NCBI GenBank assembly: GCA_965198175.1
Contig: OZ240245.1
Span: 224,001 to 288,000 of the forward strand
Direction of reading: 5' to 3'
DNA: 64,000 bases
From: Candidatus Poribacteria bacterium
Lineage (GTDB): Bacteria; Poribacteria; WGA-4E; PCPOR2b
Positions within the stretch are counted from its first letter, which is position 1, and the number at the start of each line of letters is the position of its first letter. A program made the position numbers and the translations under genes. The notes under the pieces were generated by a model, which was not told the DNA's origin, did not search any database, and saw only the letters and a list, made by a program, of their open reading frames with translations. Of this stretch, positions 20,539-31,252 are shown piece after piece.

Positions 20539-22761
20539 ATGAGGATTCAATATTTGATTAGATGGCTGTCTGCCCTTTTTCTGTTGATAATCATCGTCTA
20601 TTGCCACTGTCCCGTTGCTTACGCCGCTCAAGTCCAAAATTCTCCCGAATTTGACCAAGCCGTTAAACGCTACCGGAATCGGATTCACAAAGATCCGAAA
20701 AATCTAGCCTTGCACCGCGAGCTGATAGAGCATGCGCAGCAAACTAACCGATTCGAAATTCCACTCCATATCTACAAAACCGCATACCAAAAGCAGCCGA
20801 CAAATACAATCGTCCTCTACGTCTTAGGATACACCTATCTCAGAGAGGGATCCGAATCGTCGCTCATGAAAGCGGAAAAGTTCCTAGAGACTGCAATAGA
20901 AGAGCGTCCACAGTTTGCAGACGCTTATGTTGCCTTAGGTAAGTGCTATGCGGCACAGCGGAAAACCGAAGATGCGATGGAGGCGTACCAAAGAAGCGTA
21001 CAGCTTAATCCCGAGCTCTGGGAGACTCACCTTGAATTGGGCAATTACTACCGGGATGCAAGAAACTATCAGAGTGCGATTGAACACTACACAGAATCTC
21101 TTAGAGCCCGTCCCAAGGCTTCCGAAATCCATTTTAATCTTGGCACGCTGTACCGCAAAACTGGAGACCTTGAATCTGCTCGCCAAGCCTTTTCACTAGC
21201 AATAAAACATGACAAACGTTATGCTGATGCTTACTATCAGTTGGGACAAATCTTCGCTTTGCAGCAAAAGCCGAAGGAAGCTCTGAAGCAATATCGTAAG
21301 GGACGCGAGTTTGAACCAAAGAACGCGAAAGCTCGCTATCAACTCGCACTCATCTTCTTGGATGGAGACGACGGGCGCCACGCAATCTTGGCTCTACGGA
21401 GCGCACTGGCGATTGATGCCAAATACACAGAATACGTGAATCTGTTGAATAATGTGAGCACGTTGGATGCGGTGGAAATTGCCGCACAGATTCTTCAAAA
21501 GCATCCTGATAATGCAGAACTTCAGCACTTCGTGGGCATGCTGTTCCTGAAAATCGGCCAATGGGAGACTGCTCAAGCCCATCTCGAACGAGCAAAAGCG
21601 CTTGATCCAAACAATGCTGATGTCCGCTTCACACTTGCTGAGAGCTATGAGCAGAAAGCGCCGGACACAGCAATCGAAGAATATAAGCAGGCAGCGGAAC
21701 TCGGCAAAACAAGACTCGATCTCTTACTAAAGCTGGTTAAAAGGTATCGGCAGGAAAAAAACTTTGAAAAGTTTCAGCAGATCGCCCAGCAGATTTTGAC
21801 GATAGATGCAAATCAACCCGAAATTCATTATCAACTGTCAAACTATTATGATGAACAATCTCATCGGAAAAAGCAAGCTGGCGAAGAAGAGGAAGCAGAG
21901 GAGCTACTCAATTTGGCAATCGAACACGCGAATAAGGCAGCTAAACTAGCTCCTAAGGTTGCAGCGTACCATCTCAAACTCGCAACATTTTTTGATCGAC
22001 AGAAGCAACTCAAAGCAATTCGTTTCTATGACAAGGCAATCGAACTAGACCCATATAACCCAGAAGCGTATTACCGTCGTGGGATTTTCATGTCCAGTTA
22101 CACATTTGGTGAGGCGAAGGTATTGCTCTATAATCCCAAAGATGTCATGGACGACCTGCAAAAAGCCATACAACTCGATCCAAATCTAGCAGGCGCTCAC
22201 TACGCCCTTGGGGTCGCCTACGATCGAATGGGCGACGTGCAAAACGCGATGGTGGAATTCGAGAAAGCAGGAAATCTCGATCACAGCGATCCAAGACCTC
22301 ATCTTTATCTTGGAGAAAAATATGCCAATGCCGGACAGTTTCACGCGGCGATAGCCGCTTTCGCGAAAGCCATCAAAGCTGCTCCGGAAAATGTCGAAGC
22401 CCTTAAAGACTACGCCTTCTTGTGTCTCGCCCACGATGAAGAACGTGGGTGGAGGCAGGCAAAACGCGCGCTCGAAAAAGCCATTCAGATTCGACCTAAC
22501 GACGCAGAAATCCTGATGAATTACGGATACACACTCTACCTGAGCCGGAATAATAACGAAGCAATTGACCACTATATTCGTTCTATTGAACTCAAACCCG
22601 ATTGGCCGCTTAGCCGCTATAATCTTGCAATTGCTTATGAGCAAATAGGCAAGAAAGAACTCGCCTTGGCAGAATACCAGAAAGTAGCCAAACTCGATCC
22701 GGAAGGACTTCACGCCGAAAAGGCGATGAAACGAATCCAAATCCTGACGGATGAAGATTAA
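20539..22761 (+). CDS. Secreted TPR-repeat protein
   Basis: Signal peptide; many TPR units (ADAYYQLGQIF, KAIELDPYNPEAYYRRG, AGAHYALGVAY). Confidence 0.92.
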   Translation: MRIQYLIRWLSALFLLIIIVYCHCPVAYAAQVQNSPEFDQAVKRYRNRIHKDPKNLALHRELIEHAQQTNRFEIPLHIYKTAYQKQPTNTIVLYVLGYTYLREGSESSLMKAEKFLETAIEERPQFADAYVALGKCYAAQRKTEDAMEAYQRSVQLNPELWETHLELGNYYRDARNYQSAIEHYTESLRARPKASEIHFNLGTLYRKTGDLESARQAFSLAIKHDKRYADAYYQLGQIFALQQKPKEALKQYRKGREFEPKNAKARYQLALIFLDGDDGRHAILALRSALAIDAKYTEYVNLLNNVSTLDAVEIAAQILQKHPDNAELQHFVGMLFLKIGQWETAQAHLERAKALDPNNADVRFTLAESYEQKAPDTAIEEYKQAAELGKTRLDLLLKLVKRYRQEKNFEKFQQIAQQILTIDANQPEIHYQLSNYYDEQSHRKKQAGEEEEAEELLNLAIEHANKAAKLAPKVAAYHLKLATFFDRQKQLKAIRFYDKAIELDPYNPEAYYRRGIFMSSYTFGEAKVLLYNPKDVMDDLQKAIQLDPNLAGAHYALGVAYDRMGDVQNAMVEFEKAGNLDHSDPRPHLYLGEKYANAGQFHAAIAAFAKAIKAAPENVEALKDYAFLCLAHDEERGWRQAKRALEKAIQIRPNDAEILMNYGYTLYLSRNNNEAIDHYIRSIELKPDWPLSRYNLAIAYEQIGKKELALAEYQKVAKLDPEGLHAEKAMKRIQILTDED

Positions 22762-22845
22762 TGCAAAAGAAGAATTGAAGTCCCTTCGATACGGAAATCT
22801 TGTGTTCTCTACGAATCATTCACATTCAATAGGAGGTTCATTACT

Positions 22846-23268
22846 ATGCCAAAACCCTTACCTTTACAGTCAATCAACCACGTGTCTTTCGATGTCGCCG
22901 ACTTGGAAGCGAGCATGGCGTTCTATCGCGATGTACTTGGATTCCAGCGAATTCGTCGTCCGCACTTCCCGTTAGCACCAGGTATTTGGCTGTACAATTA
23001 CGGTCTTCAACTTCATCTGAAGCAACCGAGAAACGCAAAGTTTAAGGAAGTATCACAAGAGCACAAGCTCTCAGTCACTGCGGATCATATGGCTTTTTAC
23101 GTTCCAGACACCGATGAAGTCGAACGCTTGCTGAAGGAGCATGACGTTCCCTACAGAGCGCTATTCGTCGAGGAAGCAGGCATCACGATGGTGTTTTTTC
23201 AGGACCCCGATGGCAATCATCTTGAGGCAGGCACTTACCCGCCGCCCGTCGAGTTTGTGGAAAATTGA
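22846..23268 (+). CDS. VOC/glyoxalase family protein
   Basis: INHVSFDVADLEASMAFYRDVLGF, DHMAF, FFQDPDGNHLE. Confidence 0.93.
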   Translation: MPKPLPLQSINHVSFDVADLEASMAFYRDVLGFQRIRRPHFPLAPGIWLYNYGLQLHLKQPRNAKFKEVSQEHKLSVTADHMAFYVPDTDEVERLLKEHDVPYRALFVEEAGITMVFFQDPDGNHLEAGTYPPPVEFVEN

Positions 23269-23768
23269 GCATGGCACTTCGACGCAAAGACAAAACAGAA
23301 TCTGAACCCGCCGTTAATACATCACAATCGGCGGATTTTCCAAACGCGCTCCATGCCAACAAATACGGTGTCCGCTTTGATATCCTTCCGGAGATTTCTT
23401 ATCTAGACGCCCAACTGTGCCGCCTGATTGCTGGCATATTTCCCCTATGCAAAGGCTTTCCTGAGCAGGTGTGGCTCTCGCAGGAAAAAGTTGAAGAGGG
23501 GCTTGATTCTTGCAGTGTCAACTTTTGGGCATTTTCGAAAGAACCCGAGGCGATTAAGGACTTTTCAATCTGGTTTGAGAGTTTTTTCAGAGAAGCATCT
23601 GTTTCACAATTCTTGGAGCACTTCGTAGAACATGCTCTTGAAAAAGCCGGGGGCGAAGAAGTCATACTTGCAAATTGGTCTCGTATCCATGTGACCGAAG
23701 ATGAAGTCAGCGCCGTAGTCAAACGCGAAATGGAGATGTCAGAGGAGAATATATCGAAGCTGGACTAA
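23265..23768 (+). CDS. Hypothetical protein
   Basis: 167 aa overlapping the VOC stop; acidic, globular composition. Confidence 0.65.
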   Translation: MSMALRRKDKTESEPAVNTSQSADFPNALHANKYGVRFDILPEISYLDAQLCRLIAGIFPLCKGFPEQVWLSQEKVEEGLDSCSVNFWAFSKEPEAIKDFSIWFESFFREASVSQFLEHFVEHALEKAGGEEVILANWSRIHVTEDEVSAVVKREMEMSEENISKLD

Positions 23769-23954
23769 CTGATCGAGGAAGCATCTCCCGCCGTGTATCC
23801 TATGAATCCGAAAGATAATTTGGACTTCAGTTGTGTACGCCTTTGCTCGGACGAATTGCCACCGCAACTGTCGAGCATCTAGTGTTAAAGGCACACGCGA
23901 ATATAACGGCGTGCTGGTAATCATCTTGTTGACCATTTCAAAGTCAAAGGGAAA

Positions 23955-25829
23955 ATGTCGTTTGCCCGCGCGATAATTCTGGGTATCGTTTTGATACCGA
24001 TCAACCTGCATTGGCTCATGCATGCAGAGTCGCTCCATCCCCCTGTCTACTCAACACTCTTCACCCTCTTCTACAATGTGACATTTACCCTCTTTGTCCT
24101 TGTGGTGTTGAATGCACTGCTTAAGAAATATACACCAAAGTTAGTATTTCAACCTAGTGAATTGCTAATTATTTACGTGATGTTGTCGATCGGAACGGGG
24201 ATTTTTGGGCATGACCTGATGATCGTCCTGGCGCCAACACTGACCGCCTTCTGGTTCTCATCACCGGTGAATGAATGGTCGGTCCTTTTCCGGCGGCACC
24301 TGCCCGAATGGCTTATTGTCTCTGATGAAAAAGCGTTGCTAGCGTTCCACGAAGGGGAATCGACGCTCTATATTGCAAAACACCTAAACGCCTGGTTGGT
24401 ACCCGTGGCGATCTGGGGTAGTTTTTTGATCGTGCTCCTCTTCGTGCTGGTGTGTATGAATGCTATCATCCGTAAACAGTGGGCGGAAAATGAAAGGTTG
24501 TCTTACCCTGTCATCCAACTGCCGCTGGAATTGGCAAGAGGCGGCACAGGACTACTCGCTAATCCTCGCTTGTGGATTGGGTTTGCACTTGTCGGTAGTT
24601 TGGATGTAATCAATGGTCTTCATGGACTTTTTCCAGCATTCCCCAATTTCAAGCTGGTTCAGGACATCCGTCCGCTCTTTGTCACCCAGCCATGGAATGC
24701 TATTGGTTGGACGCCCATAGCTGTCTACCCATTTGTGGTGGGATTGGGATATTTTCTGCCGGTCAACCTTGCGTTTTCCGCATGGTTCTTTCACGTCTTC
24801 TGGAAGGCAGAGCTCATTTCTCGGAATGCAATTGGATTGTGGAGCACACCCGGCCCATATCGGAGCTATACGACGTCAGGCGCATGGATGATTCTCACCC
24901 TGTTCGTATTATGGAACAGTCGGAAATATCTCAAACAGGTGTTCAGGTGGTCAATTCGTGGAACCCCATTGGCGGTAGCTGCCAACGAGCCGATGACGTA
25001 TCGAACCGCCACCATCGGTATGATATTGGGCACAATCATATTGGTGCTATTCCTCGCTTATGCGGGGATGTCCGTCTGGGTCGCATTCCTATTCCTCCTA
25101 ATCTACTTCCTTTATATGATAGCGATTGCCCGAATCCGCGCCGAGATTGGTCCTCCAGCCCATGATGCTGAGTGGATGGGGCCAGAACAGCTTCTCCTGA
25201 ACAGTTTTGGTGCGAGCCGTATAGGTCCTCGTAATATTGCAATGTTTACTCGACTCTATTGGATGAGTCGAGCGTATCGCTCACATCCGGTCGGACACCA
25301 GTTAGAAGGGTTCAGAATCGCACAAGTAGTCAGGGCGCCAAGTCGCGTATTCCTAGTGGCGATGATTATCGCCTCAGTTGTTGGAACTTTCGCGGGCTTT
25401 TGGGCATATACCCATAATCTGTATTGGCATGGCGCAGGTACTCACGGTAGCTTGGGAGAAGAGGCGTTTCGCCGGTTGCAGGTCTGGCTGCAAAACCCGG
25501 GAGCACGCAACGATATGATGCTCAGAGAGGTGGGATTAGGAGCTGGCGTGACACTGTTTCTGTTGGTACTTCACCAGCGATTTGTTGGTTTCCCGTTTCA
25601 CCCGGTCGGCTATGCCGTAGCTTGCGGTTGGGTAATGAGTGCAGCCTGGTTTTCGGTCTTTTTAGCATGGTTGGTCAAGTGGGCAATACTGAAGTTTGGA
25701 GGAGTTCGACTCTATCGGCAGATGGTACCGTTCTTTTTAGGAGTGATTCTGGGACAACATGTAATCGGAGGGGCATGGACAATTATCCGCGAAATTGTAG
25801 GCGGATATGGGTATAGCTTTTTTCCTTAG
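23955..25829 (+). CDS. Polytopic membrane protein, DUF6785/DUF6784-like
   Basis: KQWAENERLSYPV, RIRAEIGPP, HPVGHQLEGFRI, FPFHPVGY, PFFLGVILG; paralog of 4977-6899. Confidence 0.8.
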   Translation: MSFARAIILGIVLIPINLHWLMHAESLHPPVYSTLFTLFYNVTFTLFVLVVLNALLKKYTPKLVFQPSELLIIYVMLSIGTGIFGHDLMIVLAPTLTAFWFSSPVNEWSVLFRRHLPEWLIVSDEKALLAFHEGESTLYIAKHLNAWLVPVAIWGSFLIVLLFVLVCMNAIIRKQWAENERLSYPVIQLPLELARGGTGLLANPRLWIGFALVGSLDVINGLHGLFPAFPNFKLVQDIRPLFVTQPWNAIGWTPIAVYPFVVGLGYFLPVNLAFSAWFFHVFWKAELISRNAIGLWSTPGPYRSYTTSGAWMILTLFVLWNSRKYLKQVFRWSIRGTPLAVAANEPMTYRTATIGMILGTIILVLFLAYAGMSVWVAFLFLLIYFLYMIAIARIRAEIGPPAHDAEWMGPEQLLLNSFGASRIGPRNIAMFTRLYWMSRAYRSHPVGHQLEGFRIAQVVRAPSRVFLVAMIIASVVGTFAGFWAYTHNLYWHGAGTHGSLGEEAFRRLQVWLQNPGARNDMMLREVGLGAGVTLFLLVLHQRFVGFPFHPVGYAVACGWVMSAAWFSVFLAWLVKWAILKFGGVRLYRQMVPFFLGVILGQHVIGGAWTIIREIVGGYGYSFFP

Positions 25830-26094
25830 GTCCCGTTGGCATTTTACGTGAGGTATAAGAAAATATATCAAGTCACCGTACAAGAAGAGGTATCTGACAC
25901 AGGGTTTCACCAATTAAGATAAAGTGGTATCGCTGCATCTCCTCTCGGTTTGGGGAGTTAGCGATCTGTTATTTTAAATTTCTTAACTTGTAACCATCCT
26001 TGTCCAGTTTCGTTGGAATATCTACAGGACCCACATTCAACGCCAACTAATTTTCGAATTGTGTAAACTTAAGATAAACAGCCGTTATCAGCTC

Positions 26095-26109
26095 TGGCAT
26101 CAGTATTGC
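26095..26109 (+). promoter_or_regulatory. Candidate sigma54 -24/-12 promoter
   Basis: TGGCATCAGTATTGC (GG-N10-GC). Confidence 0.5.
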
Positions 26110-26168
26110 CGGAGCATTCCAAGAGAAAAATGTGCCAAAATGTGTAAGGAGGTGAATCGGTAGATTTA

Positions 26169-26297
26169 GGAGCAAGACCTAGAAAATCCAGAGGCAAAGC
26201 GGTTGATTTTCGCCCGCCGGGGCTAGAGGAGGGTTAATCACTTCCGCCGATAGTACATAGACCGTTTCTCTTGAGCTACCCATTGGGTCTTGTCCCC
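26169..26297 (+). ncRNA. Candidate structured RNA or leader (long irregular hairpin); strand uncertain
   Basis: ggagcaagacct pairs with gggtcttgtcc; cagaggcaaagcggtt with gaccgtttctcttg; inner ggaggg/cacttcc. Confidence 0.35.
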
Positions 26298-26317
26298 AAT
26301 ACTACTGAGCAGCAGGT

Positions 26318-28522
26318 ATGATTAACAAACCGTCAGTCGTTCTATTTCTTGCCTTGTGTATTTCATTGAATAGTTGTACGGCTTCAAATTTACGTGCGGA
26401 CACTGTTTTGGAAGAGGCACTCGCGTGGATCGACCGAGATAACTACGCTAGGGCTTCCCTACGATTAGAATCTCTGTTACAAACACCAATTCAAGATTTG
26501 GATATCAACAAGGAAGAGATTCATCACGTTCTTGCTTACTGTTACGAAAAACAGGAAAGATGGAAAGAGGCTGTCCAACATTACCAGAAAGCCATCGCAC
26601 CCACCAATGGGTTGGCAGATTATGCACTCTTTCGGCTTGCGAAATCCTATCAGCAGATGCCAGATTATCCAAACGCTTTGATCTCATATCAACGTTTAAT
26701 AGACGATTTCCCCCGGAGTTTCCATTTCGGGGAAGCAAAATTTGAGATTGCGAACGTCTATCAGAAGCAAAACAAGTATGCAAGAGCACTCGATTCTTTG
26801 TCAAACTTGATTGTTGATAAACGGAGCGGTTATGTTCGGCAATCACTTTATGAACGAGGCGTGGTTTACGAAACATTGGGAAAATGGAAGGAAGCCCTAC
26901 TCACCTATCAACAGCTTACCAATGCAGACCCAACCGATACGGTTGCCAAAGACGCGCTGGATCGAATTAAAGAACTGGTGAAAGCACATCCTATTTTCGA
27001 CGTTAACCGTAGCCAACGTATGAACCACGGATTAGTGCTTTATCACCATAAAGACATGACAAAAGCGCGCGCGGAATTTGAAAAGGTTGCCACCGGTTAC
27101 AAGGATACACTGGCAGGTCGAGCTACTTACTATATCGGTCGGAGTTACTACCGCCAGCGCAAATACGATTTAGCACTCAAGGCATACAACAAGATTGTCT
27201 CATTGTGTCCAGCAAGCGGTTATTTGACCCGAGCACTATATCAAACAACACTTTGCTACCGTCGCAGTGAACAGCCCGAAATGGCACAGAAGCAGCTAAA
27301 AACTTTCCTCGAACAGTACGCGTGGAGCGCGTTAGCAGATGATGCGTTGTACGATCTCGGTTGGGTGCAGGAGAACCAGAACCAATATGACGAAGCAATC
27401 GCAACCTATCGCCGTATGACACAGAAATATCGCCGAAGCGATTTGGTATCCCAAGCATATTGGCGGATTGGATGGCTTCAATTCAAGAAGAAACAATATG
27501 CGGAAAGTATCCAAACCTTCGCTACTTTGTTGGAACAGTATCCCAAGGGCGCTTTTAGCACAGCCGCGCACTTTTGGATAGCGAAGAGTCATGAGCGTCA
27601 GAATCAGTGGGAAGAAGCGGAAAAAGTGTACGGAGAAATCGTTGCGGCGAACTATTGGTACTATGCCGACCGAGCGCGAGCTATCCTTAAGGATGGACCT
27701 CAGCAAGGTGCAGTCTCTCTGAACATCACTGAATCACGAGCAAATGTCGCTTCGAACAGTCCAATCTGGAAAGAAATCGGATCGAAGAAAACGCCGCGTG
27801 TTGCAAAACTGATGCGACTCAGGCTCTTTGAAGATGCCTTGACTGAACTCAAGGGGACGATTCGGTCAGATAGGTCCAACCTTCAAGATAGTTACTATAA
27901 CCTAATCGTCTGCTACCAGAAGCTCAAAGATTTTCAGAAAGCAATCATATATGCGGAAAAGCTGGCAAGTTTTGAATTGCTGCACGATGAAAACGAAGCT
28001 ATTCCGATCGAACTGTACCAACTACGTTATCCCCTCTACTACAGAGATATTATCCAGAGGAATTCACAAAAATACGAGATTGACCCGCTGTTCGTCGCTT
28101 CGATGATTCGTGAAGAAAGCCGTTACAATGCAGAAATCGCTTCTTGGGCAGGAGCCTTGGGATTAATGCAGATTATGCCTGCAACCGGTCAAGATCTTGC
28201 CCGCCGCCTCAGGATTCGTCGGTTCCACACTGCCATGCTTTTGAATCCAGAGATTAACATTAAGATGGGCACATGGTACATGAAGAACCTGATGGATAAA
28301 TTTGAAAACAACCATGCGCTAGTTGCCGGAGCGTACAACGGTGGCCCCGGTCGCATGCAACGTTGGTTAAATGAAATGGACGTTTCCGATTTCGACGAAT
28401 TCATCGAAGATATTTCGATTACAGAAACCCGCCGCCACATCAAAAAAGTCATTGATAGCTATCGCATCTATAAGGAACTCTACTCAGAACACAATCTTCC
28501 GTCGACGCCCCAAAAATTATAG
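26318..28522 (+). CDS. TPR-containing soluble lytic transglycosylase (Slt-like)
   Basis: TPR array then SLT domain: IREES, GALGLMQIMP, AYNGGPG, ETRRHIKKV. Confidence 0.93.
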   Translation: MINKPSVVLFLALCISLNSCTASNLRADTVLEEALAWIDRDNYARASLRLESLLQTPIQDLDINKEEIHHVLAYCYEKQERWKEAVQHYQKAIAPTNGLADYALFRLAKSYQQMPDYPNALISYQRLIDDFPRSFHFGEAKFEIANVYQKQNKYARALDSLSNLIVDKRSGYVRQSLYERGVVYETLGKWKEALLTYQQLTNADPTDTVAKDALDRIKELVKAHPIFDVNRSQRMNHGLVLYHHKDMTKARAEFEKVATGYKDTLAGRATYYIGRSYYRQRKYDLALKAYNKIVSLCPASGYLTRALYQTTLCYRRSEQPEMAQKQLKTFLEQYAWSALADDALYDLGWVQENQNQYDEAIATYRRMTQKYRRSDLVSQAYWRIGWLQFKKKQYAESIQTFATLLEQYPKGAFSTAAHFWIAKSHERQNQWEEAEKVYGEIVAANYWYYADRARAILKDGPQQGAVSLNITESRANVASNSPIWKEIGSKKTPRVAKLMRLRLFEDALTELKGTIRSDRSNLQDSYYNLIVCYQKLKDFQKAIIYAEKLASFELLHDENEAIPIELYQLRYPLYYRDIIQRNSQKYEIDPLFVASMIREESRYNAEIASWAGALGLMQIMPATGQDLARRLRIRRFHTAMLLNPEINIKMGTWYMKNLMDKFENNHALVAGAYNGGPGRMQRWLNEMDVSDFDEFIEDISITETRRHIKKVIDSYRIYKELYSEHNLPSTPQKL

Positions 28523-28552
28523 GTGACAAGGGGTAAATGCCTTTAACCAACT

Positions 28553-29674
28553 TTGGCGATGCCAACAATCATGATTGTTGCCGGCGAGCCCTCCGGCGAT
28601 CTCCACGCTTCTCAGGTTGCATCCAAACTCAAAGACCTTTCGCCCGGTATCCATCTCCTCGGAATGGGGGGAGAACTGATGGAAAATTCGGGCGTCAGCC
28701 TTATCTACCACATCCGCGATACCGCAGTAATGGGATTTGGCGAAGTCTTTACCTCCATCCCCGCCTTTTTGAAGAAACGGAGACATCTGAAGCGATTCAT
28801 CTGTGAAAGAAAGCCTGACGCTCTGCTTTTGGTAGATTTCGCCGAATTTAACGTGGGGTTGGCGCGTTTCGCTCATAAACTGGGTATTCCCGTAATCTAC
28901 TACATCCCTCCCAAAGCATGGGCGTGGCGACCGCATCGTGCAAAAAAGATAGCCAAAAGTGCTACTATCGTTGCATCAATCTTTCCTTTTGAGGCAACAT
29001 TCTACCGTCATGCAGGCGCAAACGTGAAGTTTGTGGGGCACCCACTCGTGGACTTCGCTCAATCAAATTTGAGTTGTGAGGACGCCCGCCGTACTCTGAA
29101 CTTACGCGAAAATTCGCCCGTTCTAGGGCTAATGCCCGGTAGCCGCTGCCGGGAGGTCGATCGGTTACTACCCGTCATGTTAGAGGTTGCCCATCATATC
29201 CGCCAATCCTTGCCGGATTGTCAGTTCATTCTGCCGCTCGCACCAAGTATTCATCCAGAGTTTTTGCCTAAAATGCCGTTTGTAAACCTTATTGAAGGGA
29301 GCACCTATGAAGCAATGAAAGCCTCAGACCTGATGTTGATTGCATCGGGGACAGCAACCCTTGAAGCAGCCTGCTTAGGAACACCGATGATTGTAATTTA
29401 TAAGATGTCGCGGTTAAGTTGGTGGATTGTAAAATCGCTCGCTACCATAGACCTGAGCGGCTTGCCAAACATTGTCGCAGGGCGGGAAATCGTTCCGGAA
29501 CTCCTCCAGAATGATGCAAAACCGTCGCAAATTACCCCCATTGCACGCAAATTATTGCAAAGTTTAGAAGCGCGGAAATCTCAACAGGAGGAACTTCGCA
29601 AGGTCTATGCACAGCTTGGCAATCCCGGGACGGCTGAACGTACAGCCCAAATTATTCTAGATTGTCTCCATTAG
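28553..29674 (+). CDS. lpxB: Lipid-A-disaccharide synthase
   Basis: IVAGEPSGDLH, AVMGFGEV, PKAWAWR, FVGHPL, LMPGSR, ASGTATLEAA, LPNIVAG. Confidence 0.97.
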   Translation: MAMPTIMIVAGEPSGDLHASQVASKLKDLSPGIHLLGMGGELMENSGVSLIYHIRDTAVMGFGEVFTSIPAFLKKRRHLKRFICERKPDALLLVDFAEFNVGLARFAHKLGIPVIYYIPPKAWAWRPHRAKKIAKSATIVASIFPFEATFYRHAGANVKFVGHPLVDFAQSNLSCEDARRTLNLRENSPVLGLMPGSRCREVDRLLPVMLEVAHHIRQSLPDCQFILPLAPSIHPEFLPKMPFVNLIEGSTYEAMKASDLMLIASGTATLEAACLGTPMIVIYKMSRLSWWIVKSLATIDLSGLPNIVAGREIVPELLQNDAKPSQITPIARKLLQSLEARKSQQEELRKVYAQLGNPGTAERTAQIILDCLH

Positions 29675-30125
29675 CGGTGATTAGGTTAAAGAAAAACGGA
29701 TTTCAAGCATTTAACCTGCCAAAACCTACCATTTATGCCGCACTGAAGGACATGCCGCATCCAATGCTAAGGGAGCAAGAAGGAATTAGTTCAATGACAC
29801 CTTTGGAACTTTTTAGCAACCAAGAAAGCTGAATCTCTGGCACAGACTGCACCATCATTAACAAAAAAACACGCCGCCATATGTCATAGAGGCGTGTAGG
29901 TATTACAACAATTGCAACACAAAGAATATCTTCGATGGGTTTATTCATCGCTATCCAAAGGATGGGGGTAAGTTCAAGTGCCTCTGAAATTTTTAACATT
30001 GTCTCACAAAATCGGACTGAATGTTCAATTAAACTTTCTTTATCTAAGCGAGTATTTTCGGTTATTACCCATGCCATAAAGTATTTAGTTGACTTAGATT
30101 TACCTTTTTAATTGAGTTGTAGAAA

Positions 30126-30156
30126 ATAGCCGCCTGACCCCATGCCCAGCGGCTAT
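30126..30156 (-). terminator. Probable intrinsic terminator of the lipoprotein cassette
   Basis: Minus strand ATAGCCGC...GCGGCTAT followed by TTTCT. Confidence 0.55.
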
Positions 30157-30236
30157 CCTTCTAGATTCATCAATCAACAACAAGACCACGCCATGTGGTC
30201 ATAGCGATTAAATCCTATCAATTTCCTTTTGTCAAG

Positions 30237-30506
30237 TTAATTATTCCTTTTACGGCGTTTATCCTTTTTCTTAAACCCTGCTGAATTTCCTGCCTGATAG
30301 CCTTTGTAAAATGCTCTAGCCTCTACTGGGTCATCGGAATAGGTGAAACCTATACTTCGCCAATACCCTTCCTTCGCATCAGCTTTTCCTAGCTTATAGC
30401 CTTCCCAGTAAGCCATCTTGACTGGAGTTTTACTTGCCGTACCACAAGCTAGTAGGATAACAACTATGAGAGCTATAGCAATTTTGCTAGCCATTATATT
30501 GTCCAC
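30237..30506 (-). CDS. Small orphan lipoprotein
   Basis: LLAC lipobox; repeated AYWEGYKLG / AFYKGYQAG motif; low GC. Confidence 0.7.
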   Translation of the reverse strand: MDNIMASKIAIALIVVILLACGTASKTPVKMAYWEGYKLGKADAKEGYWRSIGFTYSDDPVEARAFYKGYQAGNSAGFKKKDKRRKRNN

Positions 30507-31252
30507 TCTCTATTGTTGTGCGCCTCAACTTCAGCAGGTGTAGCCCGCCTAGCCTTGTCCAAAGGTACGTACCAATGTCTATACTTAGGCTCTTTCGGTA
30601 CACCAGCAATATCTATAATGATGATATGTATGTCCATATCTAACAATACTCTAGGAATAACTACCCGCCCGTTACGGCGTTTGCTTATCGCCTCTTTGAT
30701 ACGAGCTAATACTTTTTCTGTATCATGCTTGTTTATAAACTCTTGCGAAAAACCTGTTTGGCGGAGGTGTAACTGTCCAAATCTACTTTCGCCAATTAGA
30801 ACATAATCTGAGTCTAACTGATAAAACACATAGGCTTTTCTATTTCTCACGTTAATGCCTACTTGAGGTAATTCTTCTGGGTAATCAATATGGGCTGCTA
30901 CTTGCAATCTATCTCTTAACGATAACGTATAAAAATACAGTTGTTTATCATCTTCTAGTTTATCGAATACGTGGGGTGGTATGCGGGCTTCGTTGTATAT
31001 CCAATGAATAAAGGTAAGATGCCGTATGTGCCCTTGATAAGTAGAATTAACTTGTCTAAGCACTTTTTCATATACCACTTCAGGCACTTCACCTTTTAGA
31101 AAATCAAAGCGTACACGAATATTCTCTGGTAGTTCTCCTGCTTTAGTCTGAGGAGTAGGGGGTTTAAGGGGTAAATTAACGTTTTTAGGATTTTCACTAT
31201 CGCCACAACCTAAAACAAAAAGGCTAAGTAGAACAGCAACAAAGGCTTTCAT
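30494..31252 (-). CDS. Orphan lipoprotein (paralog of 31428-32243)
   Basis: AAGGAG RBS before ATG 31252; VLGC lipobox; C-terminal IIDIAGVPKEPKYRHWYVPLDKARRAT. Confidence 0.8.
   Translation of the reverse strand: MKAFVAVLLSLFVLGCGDSENPKNVNLPLKPPTPQTKAGELPENIRVRFDFLKGEVPEVVYEKVLRQVNSTYQGHIRHLTFIHWIYNEARIPPHVFDKLEDDKQLYFYTLSLRDRLQVAAHIDYPEELPQVGINVRNRKAYVFYQLDSDYVLIGESRFGQLHLRQTGFSQEFINKHDTEKVLARIKEAISKRRNGRVVIPRVLLDMDIHIIIIDIAGVPKEPKYRHWYVPLDKARRATPAEVEAHNNREWTI

Noticed and set aside
29733..30077. 114-aa minus-strand ORF after lpxB
   Set aside because: No RBS or family signature; possibly decayed DNA.
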